Below are positions 47,053 to 56,934 of a stretch of DNA of 64,000 nucleotides, in pieces. How positions within the stretch are numbered: the stretch's first letter is position 1; every line of letters begins with the position of its first letter. The DNA is from Paraspadella gotoi (lineage: Eukaryota; Animalia; Chaetognatha): the NCBI GenBank assembly GCA_051294375.1, contig CM119271.1, positions 14,948,770 to 15,012,769 on the forward strand. The letters are read 5' to 3'. The notes under the pieces were generated by a model that was given only the letters and a program-made list of their open reading frames with translations, ran no database searches and was not told the origin of the DNA. The translations under genes were made by a program, and so were the position numbers.

Positions 47053-48625
47053 ATGGAAGCGGAATCCATGCCTCTCGATCGCTTACCCTTGAAACGCGAC
47101 GTCATTTCTCAGCTCCTTTACTTTTTCGAGTTCCATCAAGGCGTCGACGGTTTCCTCTCTCATTGCAAATTCCCCGGAATGGTGGCCAGGGCCGTCGGTT
47201 ACATCTGGACCCAAGCCGGAATTCCATGTCAGAGCCCAAGGGACATTCGCATCCGGGTCGAGCGCCTCGTCGCTCGCGTCCTGAGGAACGTTAAGAAACT
47301 TGGTCAGGATCAAGACGAAGTCGCGGGGGCGGAAATGACGCTGCACGAGGCGTGGACTCCGCTCGACCCCGCCGAGCGCCGCCGCGTCGCAGAAGACGCC
47401 CTCCTCGACGAGCTCTTCGACGTGGCTGCTGCGGATGACTACGAATCTGCGTTTTATCGCGATCAAAACTCTGAGCGAATCATGAGGATAGAATCGTTGA
47501 AGGATCGACGATGCGGAAAAGGGGAAGACGTTTACTATACGCTCTACGGGAAACCCTCGGGGAAATTCTCTCACGTTCTTCAACTCTCCATGTCGGAGCA
47601 TTATCAGTTGCCCCAGGATCATTTGCCCACTGAGTTAGACGTTGTTCGCTACATTCACAGCAGGCTCTTACTCAGGTGACATTTATTTAATTCATTTTAT
47701 CAGTCTACGAAACATTATAAATAATCTTCGTAAAATCAAAAAAAGGGCCAAATAATGAAACAGAACATTAACCAAAGTCACTTTAATAATTTTCTACTAT
47801 ATGCAAATGAAATTTATGAACTCGATTTCGGACTAAAAAATCATCTGATACATCATCATGGCGATCTTCACGTTAGCACTGACTCAACTATTTTTCAACT
47901 TCAGAAAAAACTATCATTCCATGGGAACGGGAGATCTGATCTCTACGCCGATCGTTCGACGCCAAGCCGCTCAGGCCGTCGTTTCTGTTTGGAAGAAGAA
48001 AAATTTACCAATGGGATCGTTACGCAGCATAGAGAAACGGATAAAGCGATTTCACGACTTTACAAAGAAAAAACAAAAGGTTGGGAAAAGACGTAAAGTT
48101 GTAATGTTTAATAAGAAAATCCTAGTCATAATTATTTCCCCCGTTCAGAACGGCATACACAACCTTCATCGCAAAGGCCTCGGCATCGACTTTAACAAAC
48201 TACCTCAAAAATGGCGCAACGCCGCCTACGAGCGATACCTGGTCGACGACAACGACCGCCAAGCCTTCAACCTCTTCCCTCGGGGCTTCTCGGATCCCTC
48301 CCTCCGATGGCGCCTCGAGAAGACGCCGGAACCCCGCGACGTCGCCCTCGCCGACGTCGACGCCATCCACGTGGGCGGCGCCGAGTTGGAGGTGGAGGAC
48401 TACGACGACTTTATCGCCGGAGAGGAGAGGGTGGAGGAGGACGAGTGGAGGAAGGGAGGAGAGAGAGAGGAAGAGGAAGATGTCGGGGAGGCGATGTCCA
48501 TCGCGGAAGTTAACGACGCCGCCACGCCCACCAACACTGGAAAAAATAAAGTAGAGACGTGGACGCAGACATCCATGCACGTTCCGATCGATTTCGTCTT
48601 CGAGAATTGGCCGTACCTTCTTTGA
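47053..48625 (+). CDS. Unknown protein family, tandem paralogue 3 (intron ~47676-47904; possible second in-frame intron ~48080-48148)
   Basis: MEAESMPLDRLPLKRDVISQLLYF...YIWTQAGIPC...LDELFDV...FYRDQNSER...HLPTELDVVRY...R|KNYHS...WRNAAYE...VEEDEWR. Confidence 0.8.
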
Positions 48626-48827
48626 ATCGGCCGTCCTTTCTTTGAATGGTGGCCGTTCCTTCTTTGAATCGCCGTTCCTTCTTTGAATTCGGCCGTTCCT
48701 TCTTTGTATTGGCCGTACCTTCTTTGAATGGGCCGTACCTTTTGAATTGGCCGTACCTTCTTTGAATGGGCCGTACCTTCTTTGAATCGCCGTTCCTTCT
48801 TTGAATTGGCCGTTCCTTCTTTGAATT
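48604..48827. repeat. Minisatellite, ~20-21-bp unit (GAATTGGCCGT[A/T]CCTTCTTT), ~11 copies
   Basis: Direct inspection; the array begins inside the last codons of paralogue 3. Confidence 0.92.
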
Positions 48828-48947
48828 AAAGCGAAAAACCAATTGTTGTTAATCGTCCAATAAGGTTTTTCGCGAATATATCGAGGATTTAATGCGTTTT
48901 TGTTATTTTTATAGATAAAAAAAGTAGTGAGAGTTACGGTCGTGGTC

Positions 48948-50810
48948 ATGGGGCTCAATCTTGAGGTAATTTATTATTTATTATTTATTATTATTGTTTT
49001 TTTATTTTTTTATTTATTTTGACACTTGATCATTTTCCATTTTCTTATACCGCCCTCATTCAGGATGTAGAAAGTAACATCCCCTTGTTCCTGATGGAGG
49101 CGCTGGTAAAGACTGCTACTTCGATGGACTCGAGTCTTTTGATCTTAATCGATTCTCCGCGAGGAGGAAGAGTTTGGCTCGGTCTGGGCGACCTCAAAGT
49201 CAGTCTGGGGAAAATGGGGGCCAGTTTTGTGGGAGTTTTGATTTTAAATCGATATCCTCCTTTTTCGTCTTCAGGACGACTTCTTGAATCATCGTCTTCA
49301 ACTTGGACCCAACGACACGGAATATGTCGTCAACCCCGCCGCCGTCCCCACTCTCGTCCGTCAAACCCCGCCCGCAGAGCAGGAATGCCAGCGTCATCTG
49401 CTGCTGCAGCAGCAGCGAATGCAGCGTGACAATGTGGAGCGAATCAGCAAGAAGCTCCTTGGTGGAGTCAAGAGTCGCTCTAGCGGCGGAGGTGGCGCCG
49501 GTGCCGTTCCCGAGGCGGTCGCTGAGTCGGAGGCGGCGCGGCGACGGCTCGAAAACGGCGACGCCGGCTCCCGTCGACTCGTCGGCGTCAAAAGAGTAAA
49601 ATATCACGAGCGAAGATCGAGCGGCGACGAAAGACGAAAAATGGCGCGTCGATCGATCCAAACGTTGGAGAGCGGTGAGACGATCGGACGAAGGGGAGCG
49701 ATGACTGACATAGGTTTTCATTTAAGAGAAACTATTTATGACTTTTGTGATATAATACAATTCATTTAATTAACTAAAATGAAATTAATTCTCCAGGATT
49801 TGGGAAAGCCGATCCTCGATCCCACGATGACGTCGATCACGAATCGAATGAAAAGTCGAACTCAAAGTCGGAAATTTCTGAACACGAGGGATTTAGACGA
49901 AGAATCAAAATAACTCCCGGATCGAAGGGAATTCAAATCGGCGCCGGATCGAATTTGAATCCCCGGATGGAGTCGCCCACTCCGCCTCCTACTTCGCCGC
50001 CGCCGCCGCCACTCTCCGCCGACGTGCTACTTCGATTCGACGAGGCCAAATCGATGGATCTCGTCGGCGTCCTCGACTCGGGCTCGCTCGTCTATCGCGC
50101 TCTCTCCAGACTCTGCTACGATTTCGCCGGCGATTGGGCGAGACGCTGTCCCGTTCCCGGACACAAGGGCAAAGAGGTCAACGCCCACTTCTCCTCTCGA
50201 TTCGACGAGTGGATGTCGGAGTTGTGCGGAGGGACCGAACCGCATCCGCAGGTTTGGGGAAGAGAAGGGCGAATATATATGTGGATAGATTAGTTGACAT
50301 CGATCCTTCTCTGGAAATCGGTACAAACATTGTAAAAATTATCAATTCTTATAATAAATGAGCCATCTTGCCTCTTGGCTTTGAAAAAGGTTTAAGGCCG
50401 CTATCCCTCTTACATGATAGGAGCCTGCGAGCTTTCAATATACTCTCAAACAGTCTAATTTATTAGTTAGCCAGAGGTCATCGATTTTTGTAGTCACTTC
50501 GATTAAATGGGACGGTTTTGTGTGAATATATATATAATATATTATATATATATATTTTATAATTTACGAGCTTTAATTCCATTTAATATTTAATCATTAA
50601 TGAGGTTTGTTCTCTTTTCTTCATTTTTCTCCATCCCCTTTTCAGATCAGGTCCTTAATTCGAGCGATGGCCATGAAGAATTTCGGTTGTCAACGATTCC
50701 GGATTATGAAGAGACTTGGGGGGGGGGGAAAGGGAAGGGAGTGGAGAAGGGAAGGACGAGGTAAAGAAGGGAGCAAAGAGAAACGTTCAATAATTGATTC
50801 CACTACTTAA
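48948..50810 (+). CDS. Unknown multi-exon gene (exons ~48948-48965, 49064-49198, 49275-49674, 49797-50251, 50646-50810), with apparent indels near 49890-49915
   Basis: Consecutive GT-AG introns keep frame for the first three exons (MGLNLE|DVESNIP...GDLK|DDFLNHRL...). Exon 4 needs single-base corrections in homopolymers to reach MESPTPPP...HPQ|IRSLIR. Confidence 0.55.
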
Positions 50811-50977
50811 ATCCCCCTTTTTCTCTTCTCTTTTTTTTCTCTCGCCTTCATGCAATTATTGCTTTCCCCTAATGTAGTATGAACTCGTCTCTTCTTCTTG
50901 TGCCGGATTAAAAGTTTTTTAAATTTTGTTTTCAGTGTTTTTTTTTTTTTTCAAATTATTCTTTTCTTGATCAAAAT

Positions 50978-53281
50978 ATGGCCGACAATGACCCGCCCGT
51001 CGAAAGAATAAACGAGGAGATATTCGAACCGGACCTTAATCATAATTTGCCTCAATTCGTCAATTTAAATGCGGTCGGTGGTCGGGGCGGCGGTGTCGCC
51101 GCCGTGACAGCAGATTCCCAGTTCGATCCCGACTCGGTCGTCGTCCGATTGGTCGACGTTTTTCCCGACGCCGACGACACCATCTTACGTGAGCGTGTTG
51201 TAAAACTTGCAGCTCGTTATACCTTAAACGGGGACACCTTTCCCGCCAAACATGGCGTAATAGTGGAGGCCATCGTTTCCGCCGTCGCCGTCGAGTACGC
51301 CGAGATGAAGGGCAAATACCCCAAGCGTCGCCGTCTCGATCTCGTTGGTGGGGCGAGTGGCGAGGAGTCCGTCGCCGGTCCCTCCAGGATTCCCGTCGCC
51401 ATCGTCGTCCGTGAGCCAAAATCTAAGAGCCTCGGCGTCGCTGGCGGTGACGTCGCTGGCGGTGGCGGCGAAAAATACGACAGTAAAGGGTCCGGCAGAT
51501 TTTATGGTCGATTTTTTACAAAATGTAAATCGTGTTGTTCCTAATAATTAATTTATTAATTACTCTTACTGGATTGGCACATCTTGCCTTCCTAAAATCC
51601 GCCGGTTCCCCCCCCCCTTTTTTTTTGGTTCTCGTTGCCTTAGCAAAGGCAAAGGAAAGACCAAAGGAAAAGGCAAAGCCGCTTCCGCCATCGCATTCGT
51701 GGCCGCTTCCGCATCGAACGAGCCTTCCTTGGCTCGATACTTAAATCCACGTCAACCGCGTTGCGAGATCGAAGCTCTTCACGCGTTGACCAACGTCTTT
51801 CTCGGTTTCTACATGAGCGACCTTCGTTTGATCGTTACGGGTTTCCAAGGCTCCATCGCCACCGCCGTCGTGGCTCTCGTCCGGGAGCTCTTCGAACGCT
51901 ACGAGCGCCTCGCCCGGGCCATGTTGTCCCAGTCCGTCGTCTCCATGTCCGAGTCGCGCGAGCTTCACCGCCTCTTTCCTCTTGTCGAGCTTCACGTGAA
52001 GGCTTCGGACGGGGAATATCTGACGGAGCGTCGAGTCCCCTCGTCGAAGCTTCACCCCGATCGACATCTTCTCACTTTAAAGGTGATGAAGATCTGGAGA
52101 TCGCCGCACGTCTTCGATCCCGTTGGTGGGGTTAAAGCGGAAATCGCGGCCGTGGAAAGATGGCTGGCTTGGAAGCAGGGATGTATATTGTATAAAGATT
52201 GGAAGTAGAAAAATTAATATAAATATTTCATTCAAGTAAAGCAGAATAAGTAAAATGGCTAAAATAAATGTAAATAATTAAAAATTATTCAATACGTCCA
52301 TTATATTATGCATACATCCCTGATTTACAGAGGCAGGGAAATGATTGTAAAGGTGAGTCGAGCCTCTCCATCGAAGAGTCCCGACCACGTCTGTCCGTAA
52401 CGGAAGACGACGACGTGGACTGTCAATGCTGCTTCACTGGATTTCCCTTTCGCCAACTTGTCCAGTGTTTCGAAGGTCACCTATTCTGCCGCGAGTGCAT
52501 GGAGGGTTTCGCACGGGAGGCCGTCTGCGGTCAAGGGAAAGCCGTTCTCACTTGTTTGACGGGCGACTGCGAGGCTGGCTATCCTCGTTCTCAGTTAGAA
52601 TCCTGTCTTGACGAGAAGATTTTGTGCTCCCTCGAAGAGCGAGAGCAGGAAGAGTCCGTCCGCTTGGCTCTGTCAGCCGCGGACGAAAAGATATCCCAGT
52701 GTCCGCATTGCGACTTCAAACTCATCCTTCCTCCTGGGGACAAGGTGCTCAAGTGTCAGAATCCCCAGTGATGAAGGAGACCTGCATCGTTTGCAAAGAG
52801 GATTGGGAAGAGCACTTTGGCATCCCTGTTCGGAGCTCGAGACCAAGGACGAGAGAAGCTAAGAACCAAGGCGGAGGAGCGCATGACGGCCGCGAGGCTC
52901 CGGAATTGCCACAAGTGTTCCGCGCCGCTCATCAAAGAAGGGGGCTGCAACAAGATGACGTGCCGTTGTGGCGCCAAGTTGTGCTACGTATGTCGTGCAG
53001 GGATCCCTGGCTACCTCCATTTTTGTCAACACGTGAGAAGTCCCGGGAAAGGATGCAAATTATGCAACGCTTGCTCCCTGTGGTCCGATTCTATGGAGGA
53101 TGACGATCGGGCGATCGAGGAGATTCGTCGAGAGGCGGAACAAGAAAAGGAGCAGAAGGGATTTATTAATGACAGGAATATTGGTCCCTCCAAGTCTCCT
53201 ACCTCGGCGCCTAGGTCACAACCGCCGCCGGCGCCGCCCCTTCCCGCGCCAGGTCAACCGCAGGCTCCACCAGCTCAGTGA
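50978..53281 (+). CDS. RNF216: RBR (RING1-IBR-RING2) E3 ubiquitin ligase, RNF216/TRIAD3-like; three apparent 1-bp deletions in the IBR region
   Basis: DCQCCF...QCFEGHLFCREC...CLTGDC; CPHC...CQNPQ(C)MKETCIVCKEDW..HFGIPC; EERMTAARLRNCHKC...IKEGGCNKMTCRCGAKLCYVCR...YLHFCQH...CNACSLW. Confidence 0.8.
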
Positions 53282-53845
53282 CCTCGTTGGTCAGTACTCG
53301 TCCGAGAAAAAGAAAAAAAAATATGGCCTTTTTACAGATATCCCATTAATAGGGTCGATTCTGCTCGTTTGATATTTTTTATCATATTCCTGCCACCTGT
53401 CATTCGTATTTCGATTTACGTTTTATCAACCGCATTGAAAATACTATTATTTTCCAAAATAACGGTACTATTTTTTTTTATTTAAACGAGCTTTTATATT
53501 GCGTCTCCATGACCGACTTTCCATGATTTTATTACGTTACTTTACTTTACAGTATGTTCAAGACTCATTTTAAATTGGAAAACTGTCGCATCAATAGTCT
53601 GATTGAAGCTCGAATTCCCTATTTGTTGTTTATCCATGAATTCCTTCGTTGAGCGAAGTGATTATTCTCCCTTCGCTTATCAGTCGTCGATTTTTTTTCA
53701 AAATCCATCATCTGCAAATCCCGTTCGCGAACTCTTTTCATTAAAGAAATAACGTTAAATTTGACTCTTTTTAGCGAACAAAATAACAACAACAACTTTA
53801 TCGCAACAATTTTACCTCATTTAATTTCCCATTCATCTCGGCAGA

Positions 53846-54784
53846 ATGTCTTCCTCGAGCGAGGATGACGAAGAGGAAAAGAGACTGAAGGCTGCCGTCG
53901 CCCCCGAATTCATTTTTAAATCTTCTCCCAAATCATCTCCCAAATCATCTTCCAAATCTTCCCGCTCTCCCGTCGGCGAATCTGAGTCGGCAGCCCGACA
54001 TCCCGACCGGCAGCCCAGCCTACGGCCCGACCGGCAGCCGGACTCCTCTTCCGCCTTCTTTGATTCTGACGGATTGGCTCCCGAATTCAAGGAGCACATT
54101 TCTCGGAAATTGAATCGAAGGTTGGAGGCGGAGATCGAAGAGGAAGAGATCATAGTGGGGAGAGGGAAGGAGGAAGAGAAAGAGGAAGACACGATACGAA
54201 TATTCTCGAGTTCGATCCTCGCTTCCGGAACGGATAACAACAACAGTCCGCGTCCTCGAAAGTGGAAGAAGCGAAAAACGGCGGACGTCCTGCGAGAAAT
54301 CTACGCGAAGAAGCGGGAAAAGTGCCAAGTGGATGGAGACGTGATTCTTAATGCGGCCGTGGCCAATCACACCGTGATTAAGAACGGCGTTGTGGCCAAT
54401 GACACCAAATCGGACTCCACGGATTCAGATTCGAACGCCGAGGAAGCGGCATTGGCGTCCGTCGCTGTCTCTGGCGATTTCATTCTCGGAAAGTCCATTT
54501 TGCCAACGACGAAGAAGCGAAAGAAGAAAAGCGTCGAGCGAAGTGGACAGCGGAGAAAGAAGGCGGCGGAGAGAATCTGCGCCAAGTCGGTAGGAAGAGA
54601 CTCAGATTCGGATAACAAAGAGGCGCACTTGCCATCCATCCCCGTGTCTGGTGACAGCATTCTCGAAAAGTCCTCTTCGTTGACGAACCAGAAACGGAAG
54701 AAAAATAAGAAGAGAGAAAAGAAAGAAATCGTTGAGCAAAGTCGGCAGTGTTCTTTCAATGCAAGCCTCGATTTTAGTCGCTGA
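53846..54784 (+). CDS. CUSTOS: Protein CUSTOS (C12orf43)-like; a further short 3' exon near 54880-55017 is possible
   Basis: MSSSSEDDEEEKRLKAAV; LAPEFKEHISRKLNRRLE (cf. TPEFRAHVAKKLGALLD); IRIFSSS; repeated SDSD...AVSGDFIL; Lys-rich tail. Confidence 0.7.
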   Translation: MSSSSEDDEEEKRLKAAVAPEFIFKSSPKSSPKSSSKSSRSPVGESESAARHPDRQPSLRPDRQPDSSSAFFDSDGLAPEFKEHISRKLNRRLEAEIEEEEIIVGRGKEEEKEEDTIRIFSSSILASGTDNNNSPRPRKWKKRKTADVLREIYAKKREKCQVDGDVILNAAVANHTVIKNGVVANDTKSDSTDSDSNAEEAALASVAVSGDFILGKSILPTTKKRKKKSVERSGQRRKKAAERICAKSVGRDSDSDNKEAHLPSIPVSGDSILEKSSSLTNQKRKKNKKREKKEIVEQSRQCSFNASLDFSR

Positions 54785-55692
54785 TAACATTTTCATATAC
54801 GTATATACTTTTATAGTTTAATTATTAATTAATTGTTATTATTATATTATTATCTCAACTAAAATCGGCGATCTACTGTCGAGGTAGTCTGAGTCGAAAT
54901 CGTCGCCGGAAACATTGATGGAGGCAATGCAGGGCGCCCTGAGTGGCGCGAAGACGACCCTTGCGCCGAAAAAAAGAAAAAAAGAAAAAAAGAAAAAAAG
55001 AAAAGCTGACGAGTTAAAAATAGGAATGCGTATTTTTTAGAGATTAATGGAGATAAATATGTGAATGAAATGATAATTTGATGACGTATACGAAATGGAC
55101 CCAGTTGATTTAAAGAAAAACTCGTCCATCAATCAGTTTTGTTATTTTTTTAAATTTCTGTACCGAAACTTGGATTGACTATCAACTGAAAGACGAGTAA
55201 ATGTTTTGTTTTTTGTTTTCTTTTGGATTCAATGTTTTCATATTGTTGTTGCGGCAGCGCCGCAGCAGCGCCACAGCAGCTGTACCACGCTGTTTCTTTT
55301 AACTTGGCTTCGCCGCAGCTGCTATTTTTTGTTATACTTTGTTTTCTGTTGCAATTCATCAATTTTACGATCATTGTTATATTTCAAATGTTTGTTGTTT
55401 TATAAGTTAAACTGACTAAATGTTGAAATACTGGGGGAAATAATGAAACTTTTAAAAACATAGTATGTATTTTTTAAAATATCAAGGCAATTTTTACCTT
55501 AGATACAACGTATTGGAACCTAGGCGTTTTTTAAAAAGACATTAACCTGAAATAACTAGTAAAATTTTCGATGCATCAAAGAAATATTGGTTAATTGATA
55601 AAAAAAAATTAAAAAAATATTAGTCGCCCAAACGCGAAAATTTCTTTCAATTTTTAAAATACTTTCAATTCTAATTTACACACAACTTCAAA

Positions 55693-56740
55693 ATGGAAGG
55701 GAACGAAGTGTGTAAATCTAAAACTGAAGATGATGAACCAGAAAACCTCGACGACCTTGTCAAAAATAAAAAACAGGCTCAAGCATTCTTCTGCGAACCA
55801 TGCAACTATAAAACCCATAGGTTGTATAATTTTAAATCTCATCTTCATCGGAGACGGCATTTAGATAGAGTTATGAGTTATGTGCCTCCTAAAAATAATG
55901 CATTTGATGCCAGAAAACCTGAAATTAAAACCAACAATTCTTTCAAATACTCTACCGCTCTTGATGATGTTAAAATTTTCCTTCGGAGTAATCCACCAGT
56001 TCCCAATCAAACTCGGGATACAATGGAGGAAAAAAGCAAAGAAGCTCATCAGAGTCTGTTTGATAAGCTTTTTGAATGTGGACATTGCAAGTTTTTCACT
56101 CCTCTGAACTATAAAATCAAAGAGCATCTTGAGAACCATGGTCAGGATAACCTCAAGTTTAATGTAGAATTAATTCCCTTTCCCAAATCTCGAACGCAAA
56201 AAATTCAGTTTAAGGAACAAGAGGAAAACTCACTTGGTATAACATCTTAAATAATTCTTGGCCAAAAAGACAAAATCTGAGTATATGGAAAGTAAATAAT
56301 TTTGGAGACAATGAAAAGAAATAATTTTAAAAAATGGTTTAAATAAATAAGAAACTCTAAAATACGCACCCCTGAATGATCATCTGCTCCAAAAAGTAGA
56401 AACTAAAAAAAACTGAAACTAAATCAAAAAAAAGAAAATAAAGAATTTCAAAATTAAACTCGGACGGAAAATAGAGAAGGAACTGGAAAAGAAAAGGAAG
56501 AAGGAAGCGAAATCCAAACTTGACGACGAGGATGAATTCGCCGGCGCTGATCGACTCTCGCGTCGTCAAAGAAGAGATAGAGAGCGAGACGAGCGACTCG
56601 AGATCGAGCGTGAAATACGCCGTAAAAAGAAGCTCAAATTCAGAGAGAAACAAAGAGCGAGAGACATGAGCAGACGCCATTGGAAAAGATCCTTACAAGG
56701 GAAAGATACTTCGGAAGTGATGCGGGAAAGAAAAAGCTGA
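55693..56740 (+). CDS. C2H2 zinc-finger protein (exon 55693-~56236 plus a probable charged second exon ending 56740)
   Basis: FFCEPCNYKTHRLYNFKSHLHRRRH and FECGHCKFFTPLNYKIKEHLENH; a downstream open frame reads ELEKKRKKEAKSKLDDEDEF...RERKS*. Confidence 0.6.
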
Positions 56741-56934
56741 AATTAGGACGAAATCCGCTTGTTATGTACGATTGAAACTGTCCTTTACTGTTTACATATT
56801 TTTAATTGTTGATTTTATAGGCTTGAGAAAACGATGCGGTGGATCGGTAGATGATTGATGCAGAAAAACGATTCTAAGTAGAAACAAACATTACAAAGCT
56901 AAAAAAAATCAAAAATACTCAAAAAAAAAAAAAA

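Noticed and set aside
48604-48827. Regular short repeats as a possible CRISPR array
   Set aside because: The units are contiguous with no unique spacers, the context is eukaryotic and there are no cas genes.
49200-49721. 173-aa minus-strand ORF that superficially looks protein-like and would break the single-strand pattern
   Set aside because: Splice signals and frame continuity support the + strand exons, and no minus-strand donor or acceptor fits the GC-rich block. Stranded RNA-seq would settle it.
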